A stretch of DNA of 64,000 nucleotides from Chrysomallon squamiferum (GCA_012295275.1 CM022674.1:13578001-13642000), one strand, 5' to 3'; positions 25,687 to 40,165 are shown, numbered from the stretch's first letter. The notes: a model not told the origin generated them from the letters alone. Made by a program: numbers and translations.

Positions 25687-26302
25687 TCCCCTGGAAGGAA
25701 TTTGTTCCTTTAAGAATGAAATCAGCGTCGATGATGAGATCAGAGCATGATATAGATGATCAAACTTAATTTACTACCAGCCCCAGGAATTCTCGAGTAA
25801 TGAAGTTGAAAAAGAAAAAGAAAATTATAAACGGTAACGTTTTTTTTTTTTTTTTTTTAAAGTAAAAAAGAAGATGAACGTAACGGTGAATTATTTAGCT
25901 ATCCTGCGGTTATTGTGTTCCAGTTTGACACAGACAACTGACTGTGGAGGAACGGTCGATAAATCAGTATCAGAAGAATAACAAATAAAAACTATTAAAA
26001 AATTTAAAAAAGAATAAGTAAAGAAAAGAAATATAGACGAAAAAAAAAGAGGAAATAAATAAAGAAAGAATGAAGAATTAAAATTAAAACAATTGAAGAA
26101 AAAAAAAGATAAAAAAAAAAAAAAAAATCTTAGATACAAAAACAAAATCTGGAGAAAGAATATGAAGACAAAAGAAATGTAATAATAGATAAGAAAAAGA
26201 AAAATAGTTTTAAAAAAACAAAAGACAAGAAAATGGAATTAGAAAATTTTAACTAAAAGAAAAAGGACAGAAAGGTCAGAATAAAAACAAGGAATATGTT
26301 GA

Positions 26303-26373
<71 letters not shown>

Positions 26374-26709
26374 CACAAAAAGAAAACAAAAATATAAAAC
26401 GAACAACAGAAAAATGAAAAAGAGAGAAGGTCGTTTTTGGTTTAATTAACTTTATTATTTAATGAGGAGTTCATTAACTGCGGCATCAGGAGATCTTTAA
26501 AACGAAGAAAAAGAAACACCTTTTTGTTATAAGTGTCACTGAATACCAGAAAATATGGTGTTAATGACGTCATATGTTAAGTGAAGTAAGACGTTGACAT
26601 TTAATTAGTACTGAAAAAACGCACATCGACATCCAGTTTTTGACAAAATACTGTCATTAATCATACGTTATATCAACATTACTCATCATTCACTTGTAAC
26701 AAGAATAAG

Positions 26710-26741
<32 letters not shown>

Positions 26742-26812
26742 TAATAATAATAATGGATGTCTGAACAGTGTGATTACCGAATAGATAGACCATACATTTT
26801 CTTCTTCTTCTT

Positions 26813-26843
<31 letters not shown>

Positions 26844-27989
26844 TTATTATTATTATTATTATGTCGTTGCAACTGCTACTACTACTGTTACTATTTCTAC
26901 TACTATTATTACTCTTACTTGAACTATTATTGCCATTATTACAATTACTGTTGCCAATAGTATTACTACTACTATTATCATTACTACTACTATTACTACT
27001 ACTGCTAATACTACTAGTACTATTACTGTTACTACTACCGCTACTATAATTACTAATTTCGTTTTCATATTATTTTTAAACTGGTTTTTTACATTTTTTG
27101 AAGTATGCACATGCATGTTTCTTTTTTTTCTTCTTTTTTTTAATGTAATGTTGTATGCATAATTACGTACAATACACACACACACACACACACATACACA
27201 CACACACACACACACATACACACACACACGAACATGTTACTAATTATATAATTCCAAAGAACATTTTAATTTTACTTTTATTAAAATTTGCTTTAGTTTA
27301 AAAACAAAATAAAATAATAAATAACAAAAACGATAAAAGAAGCATTAAATAGATTGTAAATCAGAAATTATCGTTTGACTATCTTGTACCATGCTGGTGC
27401 GCATGCGTTGTTTAAACTGGGTCAGGAATGCTGAGAAAATCTGTACAGTCTTTTTTTTAAATTTTACTTTTTATGTAATACAACGTGAAAAAAATAGTTT
27501 ATAAAATTAATATGATAATAATAAAAATAACTGCTTAAATTTTTTTTTTAAAAATGAAGAAATGAAACGTTAACTTGTATTAGTTTGTGAAATGGAAATC
27601 CAGATAAACAGAAATTTTATGTATTTTGACCAAAAAAAAAAATATGACCAAAATGTATTTAAAGTAATTATACTGTTTTTGCAACCTGTTATTTGTCAAA
27701 AGAACATGAAACAGATTTTTATAAATATTCATGTAACCCAGTAAACTATCTTTATTTTTTTATTTTAATATATATTTCTAGATTTTTTGTTTTGCTTTTT
27801 CAAACTATAATGATTTTTTGTTGTTGTTGTTGTTGCTGTTGCTGTTGTTGTTTTGGTTTCCTTTTTATTTGATTTGATTTGATTTTTTGATTTTTGATTT
27901 TATTTTTGTTTTTTTTATTATTATTATTTTTTATTTTTTTTTTTTATTTTTTGAACGGAGATGATTCTAACTAATCATACTTTATAAAA

Positions 27990-28024
<35 letters not shown>

Positions 28025-29599
28025 CAAAACATAAAGAAGTAGATAAATAAAATAAAATAAGATGATTAAAAATAAAACTGTCAAAGAAACAAATAACCAA
28101 ACAAAAAATACTAATTATTAATTAATTAATTAATTAAGAAAGAAAGAAAGAAAAAAAGAAAAGAAAGAAAGAAGAAAAAAGAATACGGCAACAGCTGGTT
28201 ACAAATCTGTTATTAAGGCCAGTGGAGAAAAATAATTTTACTTTCTTGCACTGGATTCTTCAAAAGAAACCAACTCCGTAATCTCTAAGTGATTAAAATA
28301 AATGAAAATACTCGAATATCGCAACAAAAGCTCCCCGTTATGAGATCTGCGGAGAAAAATCAGCCAGTAACGACGGAAGTTTTGTCATATCTGAAATTAG
28401 CGAGTTTTTGTCGTTCACGTCGTCAGCGAGAAGCCAGTGTTTTCACGATGTCCCGTCGCGCGCGCGAACTGAGACCAAGTGACCAGATTTCTAATTGCTA
28501 GCTCTGGGCGTCTCAGCAAACCTGCATGAAATGAAATGAGCGGTGTTGTTGTAACAAAACATTTGTTAACCCTTTTTATCCGCGGGTTCAGAGACAGTCT
28601 GGGGTAAGGATTTTTTTTTTTTTTTTTTTTTTATTGTCATTTTTTATTAAAAAAAATTTTTTTTTTTTAAAAAAAAAATTTATTTATTTTTTTTATTTTT
28701 TTTAAATATCGTTTTATTTATTTTTTTTTAAATTTTTTTTTTTTTTTTTTTTTTTTTTGTTTCTTCATTTCTTTCTTTTCTTGATTTCTTTCGTTTTTCT
28801 TTCCTTCGTAATAGATTTGTAGTTAACTATTAAAAAGGCTTGTCTCAGACGTGAAGTCCGAAAATAGCCACTGGTCAGCTTCACACTAACACTCACCAAA
28901 AATTCAGCCAGGGAACTGAGGTCACTTCCTCCGATAAATCTGTCTCACACTTTTTTTTTTTTTTTTTTTTTTTACACATCGGTTATCAAAACTATCGCGG
29001 GAGATTTTTCGGACAAAGGCTTATGTTCTAAAAACCCTCTCCTCGATTCTTGAGTTTGTTTAAAGTACACGAATGATGATAAAGCTACTATTTTCTTTCA
29101 TTTTTAGCCTCTGACAAAGATGAATACGAAAAACCCTGATCGCTGCACAAACATCATTTTCGGGTCGCGTGGTGAAAACTACTTCACGTTTGAAACAGCC
29201 ATTCATCACAACCGAACTCTTCAGCCTAACTTTCGACGTCTTCGTCGTAATTGATGACGTCTCATCCGTTCAGTTTAAACAGCGTTGCTATGACGTATGA
29301 CGTCATAAACGAAGAGCTTCGTGGAAGGAATGCTGTGTACACAGGCTTGGGGCAGCGCAGGACAAAATGAATGGAGGCCTGAATTGAGAAAGCAAATGTC
29401 GGCTATCATATATCAAGAATAAGGTAAATGATGTATTTAGCGAAATATGAAAAGATATGATTAAAGTTTGGTTCTCGAAATAGATAATAATGGCTGCAAG
29501 ACATACTGAAGTGAAAGGCAGTTATGTTTACTATTTGTTGAGAAACTTTTCTCTAATTTTCTATTCCTCCAAGTTTCTCTCTGTCTATCTCTCTCTCTT

Positions 29600-29603
29600 T
29601 CTC

Positions 29604-29679
<76 letters not shown>

Positions 29680-29733
29680 CCATATATATAAACATACAAA
29701 GACAAATGTTCATTTTTCCTTCTTTTTTATTTC

Positions 29734-29818
<85 letters not shown>

Positions 29819-29900
29819 CCTCTCTCTCCCTCCCTCCCTCCTTTACATACTTACAAACAAACACGTTCATTTTTCATTTTTGTCTTTTTATTTCGTTTCT
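29600..29900. repeat. Duplicated module: (CT)n plus ACAAA...GTTCATTTTTC...TTTTTATTTCGT
   Basis: The unique part appears at ~29695-29735 and ~29853-29897, each time after a (CT)n run. Confidence 0.7.
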
Positions 29901-30186
29901 TTATTTAGCTGCGAAAGTCACTTAAGCTTTTTCATCACGCTGAACTCACGGAAACACGCGAGTTAGGTTCTTCATTAATTTTCATCAACGTTACGCACTG
30001 ACAGTGTTCTCACTGGCGCGGAAAATCCGTTTTAAAAATAAAAGATAGTTTTAAATATGCAACACCACGAAACAGGACCTTTTCATGCTGTTCTACGCTA
30101 ACTTTAAGAGGACTGCCACTCTCCCACGGCCGTCGCAATTAAGCTTGTCTGCGCCAGAATTTTTATTTTTATACAGTTGTGTTGTG

Positions 30187-30228
<42 letters not shown>

Positions 30229-30301
30229 ATCTTTAAATATCTGCGTTGATATCATGACTGTCTCTTTATTTATTTAATTACTATTTATTTGTTTTATTTT
30301 G

Positions 30302-30375
<74 letters not shown>

Positions 30376-31251
30376 ACATACAAAATACATACATACATAT
30401 ATACATTTCTGTTTGTTTGTTTGTTTGTTTGTTTGTTTATTTATTAATTAATTTATTTATTTTTATTTCTGGAATATATCACATGACAGCCGGGAACAAT
30501 AAAATTAACGAAGGAAAAATCAAAGGAAAGAAAATTAAATTTAAAACATAAACACGAAAAAAAACCGCAAATAAATATTAATTCTAATAAAGACAGAACC
30601 GCAAATAGATTATTATTATTATTGTTATTGTTGTTGTTTTTTGTTGTTGTTATTATTATTTAATTTGAAGCAGAAATTTTAACTATCTGAAAAGAATATA
30701 ATTTAATTAAGTAGTGTGTAGACAGGACGTAAACGTCAACAACACGCAAACTTACTGGTAATTTACGACACGAGTAAAACAATAAACAATGATTTAGTTG
30801 ATCTTTATTTGTTTTTGAAATACTTTCTCTAAAGTCATCATAATTTTCGTTTATTTATTGTCCCGAGAAAATAATAAATAATAATAATAATAATAATAAT
30901 AAAATAAAGAATTTGGCTCCAAAATTATAAACACAAACTTCTTCTTCTTCTGTATATATAAAAACGTATTTCTATAAAGAGGTGTGTAATTTAAAGATAT
31001 GAGTGACTGTCTGGGGAGGAGTAGGTGAGAAGATCGAATCTCCTCAATGCAACAGTTACGTTATTTTCTGACACAAAAAGAGCGTCATGGGTAGTTTTTC
31101 AACAACATGCATAACTCTTTTCGTGACTGTTTTATTGCTACACGAGAACGATCTCTCGAATGAATGTGTGATGAAAACTGTTATTAATTTTATTTTTAAT
31201 CCTTTCATTCATTCATTCATTCATTTACAAAGAGAGAGAATTTACAAAATT

Positions 31252-31445
31252 CCACGAGTATACAGGAGTTAATTTCAATCATCCGAAAGCGTAAACTTAC
31301 TAGACCACGATTTCAAAACATTTCAAAAGATTTAATTTCTAATACGTAACTACTAACAGCAGAAAAACGCGAACGTTATAGAAAAAAAAAACCACGAGTT
31401 CAAAAAGGTTAATTTCTAACACGTCGTATTACTAAAAGCAAGAAA
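31252..31445. repeat. Decayed tandem repeat, ~3 copies
   Basis: CCACGA...TTAATTTC at ~31252, 31306 and 31392. The last two copies also share TAAYACGT...TACTAAnAGCA. Confidence 0.6.
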
Positions 31446-32055
31446 CACCGTGACATCGAAAGAGTTAACTAGCTGACAGTTTACGTCACAAACTGGCTGC
31501 CACCAATCTCCCTAATAGAAACTACATTGACGAACGAACGTTTGACGTTTGTACGAAATAAATTCTGATTATCCGTGATCTCTCGGCAAACATTCATAGA
31601 TGCGGAGCACACACAAGTTATCGTTATTGATCGACTGGTGTTCTTTTAGTTTGCGCCAAGCCAAACTTGGCAGATTTAGTATTTAGATTGCCAACCTGCG
31701 GGTCCCAGTCGACTGTTTGGAATTCTTGTCGTTTGCCGTTTCTAAGATATTAGTATGGAAATACGACTTAGTGTTTAGTTTCAGAATAAATACGAAATGA
31801 CTTCCCAGTTACTGTGATGCATTATAATTATGATGGCGGTTTTTTTTTTTTTCAATTCAGTTTATGTAATTTTTATTTATTAATTTTGTTTATTTTTTTA
31901 TTATTATTTTTTTTTTTCCCCACGTTCTTTTCGGCTGTTGCTATAGTAACGATGACATAACAATAATAATATAAAATAATAAAAGTAATATAATAATCGC
32001 TGCACTGATGCTGTTGTTTTTGTTGTTGGTTTTGTGGTTCATAATGATGTTAATC

Positions 32056-32096
32056 TTCTTCTTCTTCTTCTTCTTCTTCTTCTTCTTCTTCTTCTT

Positions 32097-32127
<31 letters not shown>

Positions 32128-32165
32128 TTATTATTATTAGTTGTTGTTGTTGTTGTTGTTGTTTT
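32056..32165. repeat. (CTT)n + (ATT)n + (GTT)n compound microsatellite
   Basis: Directly visible. Confidence 0.95.
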
Positions 32166-32311
32166 GTTATATTATGTTATTGTTGTCGTTGTTATTGTGG
32201 TAGTAGTAGTTATACGTATTACCGTTGCTGTTGTTGTTAAAATTATAATATGTACGGGTTCCAGAATCGTTGAAAAAAACCCTCACAACTTCTTGATTTG
32301 TCTGTTTAAAC

Positions 32312-32602
32312 CAGTCACGTGCAAAATGCGGCCCGCGCGGTTTTCTGAGTGGCCCGCCTAATTTCACAAGCAAAATAACTTTAATTCAAATTTGATACAA
32401 TGAGTCTCGTTTGTATTTACTGATATACTAAAACACATGCAATTTTTTTTTTATTATTATTATAACAGATCCTGAAGTAAATGAAAATGAAAAATGTCTG
32501 AAAATAAACTCCACGTAAAAACACAAATTTATATCTGCGGCCCGCCTGAGTATTAGCCATGTCTTATGTGGCCCGCTTTTCGAAAAAGTTTGCGCATGCG
32601 TG
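32312..32602. mobile_element. Non-autonomous hAT-superfamily (Charlie-like) MITE, 291 bp
   Basis: Imperfect 14-bp TIRs CAGTCACGTGCAAA / TTTGCGCATGCGTG (10/14 match). Flanking 8-mers GTTTAAAC (32304-11) and TTTTAAAT (32603-10) match at 6/8, consistent with a hAT 8-bp TSD. Four subterminal GGCCCGC motifs, two per end, and an AT-rich interior. Confidence 0.75.
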
Positions 32603-33399
32603 TTTTAAATAATGAAAAACAAGTTCTACAGAGAAAGTTCCTCTTTCTATCTCTGTTTCTTTTATTTCCTGTTGTTTCATGCAATTTCTTCTTTTTGTCT
32701 TTTCTTTTCTTTCTTCATCTTTTTTATTAGAGTCATATCACCGCAACACGTCCACTGGACAATTTCCCATTCTAACTAGATCTCCATTTTATCAAATGCC
32801 GCTGTATGTGCTTTCCTGTCTATGGGTTTGTGCATATAAGATATTATCTTTTGCTAACTAGCCCATTGCTTCACGGTGGAGATAAATGTTGTTTCTTTTT
32901 CTTTCATATCTGTGTGTTCTTTAATCATATTATATGACGCTATAAAATCGAAGATTAAACAAAATATAGAGTGCATCGTTTAATACAGCGTTTTTCTGTT
33001 GTTTTTGTTGGTTGTGGTTTTTTTTCTTCTTCTTCTTCTTTTTTTATATTTTTTTTATATTTTTTATATTTTTTAATTTTTTAATTTATTTCTTTCTCTT
33101 CTCAGTACTGAAATATCTCTGTAAACACAAGCCATAAAAAACTTTAGCGCTAGTAATATTGATTTATCATTTTAACAATAACCCATTGTAAAGTGTACTT
33201 TTATGTTCAAAATAAAAATAATAATAATAACAGTAGCAATAGCAACAGTAGTAGCAGTAGTAGTAGTAGTTGTAGTAGTAGTAGTAGTAGTGGCAGTAGT
33301 ACTAAATAAATAAATAAACTGATTAATTAATAATGAATAAATAAATAATTAGTTAATTAATAGTAAGTAACTAAATTAATTAATAAAAAAAGAATAATA

Positions 33400-33600
33400 A
33401 TATTTAAAATAATAATAATAATAATAATAATGATTATTATTATTATTATAACGATGATCATTATGATGATAATAATAATAATAATGATTATTATTATTAT
33501 TATAACGATGATGAAGGTGATAATAATAATGTTGATTATGATGATAATAATAATAATGTTGATGTTAATCATGAAGGTGGTGATGATGATGATGATGATG

Positions 33601-33687
<87 letters not shown>

Positions 33688-33745
33688 ACGATGATGAAGG
33701 TGATAATAATAATGTTGATGATGATGATGATGACGATAACAACAA
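33400..33745. repeat. (AAT)n/(ATT)n/(GAT)n compound array with a duplicated ATAACGATGATGAAGGTGATAATAATAATGTTGAT block
   Basis: Block at ~33502 and ~33685; head-to-head (ATA)n(TTA)n junction at ~33637. Confidence 0.9.
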
Positions 33746-34881
33746 ATCAAATGTCGACTGTTTTCTAACAACAACCTGTTTTTAAAATATCACAGTTTTT
33801 TTCATCCTAATATAATTTTATAACATTATATGACTCTGTGACATTTTACGTCAGAAATTCCAGAAATCATTAAAACAAACCCTGACAATAAATTAATCAC
33901 CTCTATCGGCGGGCACAATCTGACGTTCAGTTTGCTAACCAGGGAAAAGATAGAAGAAAATAATAACACCCCACAGTTTCTTCAATTGAATTCGTTTATT
34001 TATTGTTATGGTTACTTGTATACGTCTGTTTTTGTCAAATGAGTTTGATGTCAGACTGGTTCTAGCTTCAGACCTTTCTCTCTGTTCGTAGCTATATGAC
34101 GTCATTACGTTACAAAATGGGTCACGTTTCCGATACACCAAGGATTTTCAACGTCATATTCGTTCTGCTGGCGCCAGTAATGAATAGCGGAAACGAGGCA
34201 GTCTCGTAGATAATAATAATGTGAAAATGAAAAAAAGCTGTTAAAGACACGCAGTTTGGAGTCTTGTCGTGTCTATGCTTAGCAATGTTCTTTAGGGAAA
34301 ACAGTATGTGACACGATTAAAAAAAAAGATAAAAAAAAAAAAAAAAGTAGAAAAAAGAATAAAGAAAAAAGGTTACTGGAGCCAATAAGCGATTCCAGCT
34401 CCTGATACAAAAAAAAAAAAAAACATTTTTCGGCCATTTTTATTTTTTTAAAGTGACAGCCGATAACAAGATATTTGATGTCTTCTACAAGCATTATTTA
34501 TTTATTTGTTTAGTTATTTACTTTATTGTTATTATTATTATTATTATCATTATTATTATTAATAATTAATTAATTTATTTATTTATTTATTTATATATTT
34601 ATTTATTTATTTATTTGTATTATTGTTTTATTTTATTTTGTGTTGTTGTTGTTGTTGTTGCTGCTGCTGCTGCTGTTGAATTACTACGCTAGCTTGCCAT
34701 GATATAGGCCAATTTTTTTCTGTCTCTAATTCTCTCTTTGTCTCTCTTTGTCTCTCTTTGTGTCTCTTTGTTTCTCTTTTCACTCTCTTTATTTCTTTTT
34801 TTACTCTCTTTCTCTTGGCCAATCTCTCTTTGTTTTTCTTTCTCTCGTTCTCTGTCCATTTCAGTCTATTTCTTTACAGCG

Positions 34882-34958
<77 letters not shown>

Positions 34959-35165
34959 ACCATATAAAAGCATGAGAATAAAAAAACACCAACAAACAAA
35001 AAAATAACAAGCACACTTCACACTTTAAAAAACGATCACGTATCGGATCAGGAAGAATGTGAAAGGAACACACGAATAAGTAATTATAAAATTAAAGATT
35101 AGCGTTATCAGAACAAACCAGCCACACAGAGAAAAGACGATGAACCGTGCGAAAACAAGCTAACA

Positions 35166-35270
35166 TCTAAAACACATCAACAACTGTTTGAAGTTACTAA
35201 TTTCTAAAACACATCACTAATTGTTTGATGTTAGCAGCTTCTGAAAAAACACAGCTATCTGTTTAAAACA
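35166..35270. repeat. 37-bp tandem repeat, ~3 diverged copies
   Basis: TCTAAAACACATCA...TGTTTGA.GTTA at 35166 and 35203, with a more diverged third copy at 35240. Confidence 0.75.
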
Positions 35271-35319
35271 ACGAGAACTCATTACGATCGCGTTATCGGT
35301 CGTAATTCCTCTGTGAATT

Positions 35320-35432
<113 letters not shown>

Positions 35433-35717
35433 TTGTCTATCTTTCTCTCTATCTCTGTCTCTTCTCTAACACACATTAAAGACTTTAACACACTAACCCA
35501 TGTCAATCACAAACCAATTGCGTATCATTAACGTCAGTCGAGGCAAAGAATGTCGTTGATGCTGTCCTTATCGGTGTAGTCAATATTGTTATCCTTGTTG
35601 TTGACGTCGTAGTTGAACCAGATATAATAATAACAATGATCACAAGTTTGTGAAATAATAATTTTGCTTGCTGTTGTCATTACTTACTACCACAGCAAGA
35701 AATCTTTTTTGTGTACT

Positions 35718-35817
<100 letters not shown>

Positions 35818-36271
35818 AATGCGTCAGTCACGAAATTTGGGATGTAACGGGAAATACACAAACAACGTTAGGAAAGATCCCGTGATCCATCATACCTCTC
35901 GCCACAGCTCTAACCATTGAGCCATAGCATTACACACGCTTTTATTCCTACAGTTAATCCATGCTTCCATACGTCATCTGTTCTCTCGGTCAGTCAAGTG
36001 AAAGAATAAATGGAAAAAATCGAATCAAATTTTTTCAACTACAAGCGAAATCACGCGAATTTGTTACATTTGAATGAAAGCGGTCTTAACAAAGGTTAAA
36101 ATAATGACAAAGATATTTTTAGGTTTTGATCGATTTCTGCTAATCTGTGAATCAATAAATCAACAGTATTACGTAATTTAAATTTTATTTCAGGGAATGT
36201 AAGGGTATAAAAGACCGTGGGGGTAAAATTTTATAAATACAGGAAAATGAGAGCGCGAGAGTTTTAGATAT

Positions 36272-36343
<72 letters not shown>

Positions 36344-36474
36344 AACAAACAGAGATACATACATAGATACATAGAGAGAGAGACATACAGACATACATAC
36401 AGACAGAACATACATACATACATAACATACAAGCAAACAAACATAAATACATACATACACACACACATGCATGC

Positions 36475-36649
36475 GGGTGAATGGGTGTCGAACAGTAACA
36501 GCGTTCGAGTCTCGTCAGCGGCATCTGACAGGTTTGTGATGTCGTGATTGGACTTTGTCCTCCTGTTCCAGTGCGTTCCCGAATATTGTCTGTGTGCAGA
36601 GTCTATTCAGACGTATATAAGGCAGTGATTGTTGAAAATCCTAATGTAC

Positions 36650-36680
<31 letters not shown>
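36475..36680 (+). mobile_element. 5'-truncated copy of a tRNA-derived SINE
   Basis: Aligns by eye over ~140 bp with 42238-42373 (shared GAATGGGTGTC, CGTTCGAGTCTCGTCAGCGGCATCTGAC, GTCGTGATTG, TGTGCAGAGTCTA.TCAGACGTA). Retains the B box (36503-36511), lacks the A box, and ends in a (TACA)n/(TA)n tail. Confidence 0.8.
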
Positions 36681-36817
36681 CGTTATACACATACAAACCC
36701 CCTGTATCTACAAGCAGGTCTCCACCCTGAGGAAACACCCTCATAAAAACTATCATTAAAACGTGCATGTATATTAATCCACCTACATAATTACAAACAA
36801 ACACATTTTTTTTTTAT

Positions 36818-36848
<31 letters not shown>

Positions 36849-37289
36849 GTACTATCTATTTACACTAGCATTGTCTTAAGCGTATTTTAATTGTCATGGC
36901 AACATTAATAAGAAGAAGTCACGTGATACGACTGTCTGAAAGCTTTTGTCTGAATAGGAAACGAAGGAAACTTGTTTTGGAAACAGGTGCACTAGGACGA
37001 ATCCATTCGGTTTTGAGGGTGGGTGGGTGATTGCCATGTAAGTGAAAGTGAAAAAGAACAGACAGACAAAACAACAATTCCGACAATGATATATAAACAG
37101 TGACAACAACAACAAATACAACAACAACAACAACAAAATCAGCAACAGCTGTATGCATATTTAAATATTTATATTCATGTTTCAGTCAGTTAAGAAACTC
37201 TTAGGCTAGACAACACATAACTGAAGTCAAAACCAAACAAGATTTTATGATATGACTGATTTGTTGTGTGAAACTTACATCAGATTTAT

Positions 37290-37466
37290 CCATCCATTCG
37301 TCTATTCATCTGTCCATCCATCCATTCATCCAGTCATTCATCCATTCATTCATCCATTCATCCATCCGACTATCTATATATGTAACGGTCTTTTTGTCCA
37401 TCTGTTTATCTATCGGTCTAGCTATATCTATCTATTCCTCTTTATGTCTTTCTATCTATCTGTCTC

Positions 37467-37513
<47 letters not shown>

Positions 37514-37594
37514 GTTCGTCTGTGTATCTTTCTATCTGTCTGTATGTATGTATGTCTGTCTATCTATCTATCTGTCTGTCTATCTGTGTATCTA

Positions 37595-37625
<31 letters not shown>

Positions 37626-37750
37626 ATCTACTTATTTATCTCTCCCTCTGTCTACTAAACAGATTTGTCATATGTTTATGTTACTGTGTGTGTGTGTATG
37701 TGTGTCTGTGTATGTGTATATGTTTATGTTTATGTTTATGTTTATGTGTT
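37290..37750. repeat. Compound (CCAT/TCAT)/(CTAT/CTGT)/(GT)/(TATGTT) microsatellite
   Basis: Directly visible; explains ORFs 37252-37768. Confidence 0.85.
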
Positions 37751-38097
37751 TGTGCTCGTGTTAAATAACAAAATGTCTGTTTTATAAATATATCACCCCC
37801 TCACCCCACCCGTGGGTTCGCCCCTGTCAGTGTCAGTTGTTGTGACGTAGATGTATTTACGATCGCAGATCAATTCGGTTTACGGCTGCAATCTGGGTTC
37901 CGTCCTCTGTACGTGAGTTAATCGCTGTCTCTATTAAATTTCTCAAATCAGAAATCTACCACCGCTTACAGACTAATCTAATTAGAGTTTTCCAGTGTTT
38001 TAATCTCTCTTTACCAGTGTAGAAAGTACATTTTAAAGAACCTTTTTCGTGTCTTCTTTTTTTACTCCCAAATTTTAATTTTTTGTTTTAGCCATCT

Positions 38098-38211
<114 letters not shown>

Positions 38212-38434
38212 CAAGTAATATATTAATCGCCCATATATTTGTGTGAGTGCACCTTGGTACTGTATTGAAATAAACCAAATAAATGGAATAAACTGTACAC
38301 CAAAATGAATTAACAAAGCATTTAAATAAATAAATAAATAAAGACAACAGAGTAAAACAAACAAAAAAACTGTATTAAAACCATTAACTTCAATACTTTT
38401 GACTAGCTGGATATAACTTGAAACTTTCTCAGCA

Positions 38435-39130
38435 CATCACGTAACCAATGACGTCATCACGATAACAATTTTTTTCCACGATGACTGTTATGATGCTGTT
38501 TTCCAAAACATGTATCTCGCATGAAATTATTTCTTAGTATGACACCCAATTACCTCCTGTACCTACGTTGTTGTTGTCGTCGTCGTCGTCGTCGTTCACA
38601 CACTTTTGGTCAGACAACGCCTTACTTGTACAATCCTGCAATAATTATACGTTGTCTTCGAAATCAGTTCCCGGACACATCTGCTTTCGCGGCAGTTAAG
38701 TGTTGTTAAAAACCTCGGTGGTGTTATTTTCTGCTCAGACAAGGCCTGCTGTTATTATCTGCTCGAGTTTTCTTTCTACAGGCGAAAGACAAAACTTAAT
38801 TTTTCCCAAATAAACAGCGTCCTTTTATATGTTGTTGTAGACACGGCAGTTCCACGGTCAGCAAGAGGGATCGATTGGACTGAGTGAGTGTTTGACGTCG
38901 ACATCACTAGAACAGGGGGGGGGGTGTGTGTGTGTGCAACCTGCAGCCGTGGGAACGACGTCGTCTCGTCACATTAAACGTCTCGTTTGAAATATAACGA
39001 GGCAGTTTGTCAGTATAAACACTCGCACACACAACACAGTCGTGAATTTCCTATCACTGCTCTCTGACGCCGCACACAGCAAACACCGTCCAGTCCAGTC
39101 CAGTCTTCGTTTTCGGATCCGACCGCTCAC
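38435..39130. promoter_or_regulatory. CpG-retaining island with overlapping CCAAT box and full CRE
   Basis: CCAATGACGTCA at 38445-38456, further GACGTC sites at ~38894 and ~38957, and a possible exon at 38782-38883. Confidence 0.3.
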
Positions 39131-40129
39131 TCTAACAGTTGTTATCTCGTAAAAGCAATAAAGAATATTCATAACTGTTTTATTTTCGACTTTAATGGGA
39201 ATCATAGAGGGATGAAGTCAATTCTCGTGGAAGCATGTAAACGCACTCATTATTTATATGCCGCGTTAAAAGTCGCAGAGGTTCATTGTTAGAAACTTGA
39301 GGAAAAATCATGTATGTTACGCTTTGGGATTTTGCGTAACTTCTGTGCGCAGTAATGACAGTGGGGGTTTAAAGCTCTGAGGTGTGTAAGATGAGAAAGT
39401 TTCCGCACCCCTGCAGTAGGTAATATTGATTAATGTTCTCATCGATTACTGGGAATGAAGCTTTCTGGGGTTTATTTCCGAATTACATCCTTCAGATCGA
39501 GTTTGTTCTTTTAAAAAAAAAAAAAAAAAAGTGTTTATTTTATTTCAGTTGTTACCGGAATTAAAACTTTTATCTGTCTGTCTATCTATTTGTCTGTCTG
39601 TCTATCTATCTGTCTGTCTATCTATTTATCTCTCTATCTATATGTCTGTCTGTCTCTCTATCTGTCTTTCTCTCTAACTGTTTATCCTTCACTGAGTTTT
39701 AATTTAAAGTTTGCTTTGTTAGTCCGCTTTTAGTTAAAGTTTCTTTTGTTTATTAATTTTATTTTTATTATTTCAATTTTTTTTTTTTAACATAATTATT
39801 GTTATCTTTTATTTGTTTTGTCGTCGGGGTCAAATTTTGTGGGTTTTTTGTTTGTGCGTGTCTGTGTATGCGTGTGTTGTTGTTTTTGTATATTAGTTAC
39901 AATGGGTACCAATGATTTAGTATTTCGAAGGAAGACCAGCTTATATCAACTTTCTCAAGACTGTAAAACTCTTACCATAGCCTTTGATAACAGTAAAAGA
40001 AAAATGGTTTAATCGAGAAGAAAGATCGACTATCCTAAAAGAATACGATTACGCAGAAATCATTTTATATAACAGTGTAATTATGATTACCTGCAAGAAG
40101 CGCGGACCTGCGAGTAAGCACTATTAAAA

Positions 40130-40165
<36 letters not shown>

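Noticed and set aside
28610-28760. Alternating poly-T/poly-A blocks as a structured element
   Set aside because: Low complexity and prone to homopolymer sequencing error; nothing specific to support function.
32857-32880. Helitron 3' end (hairpin plus CTAG) on the minus strand
   Set aside because: The hairpin is weak (G-T pairs) and too close to CTAG; no 5' end or second copy was seen. The hairpin at ~60925-60948 was rejected for similar reasons.
40091-40107. 17-nt minus-strand microexon (CAG|...|GTAATC)
   Set aside because: Not frame-preserving, with a modest donor and weak pyrimidine tract; expected by chance.
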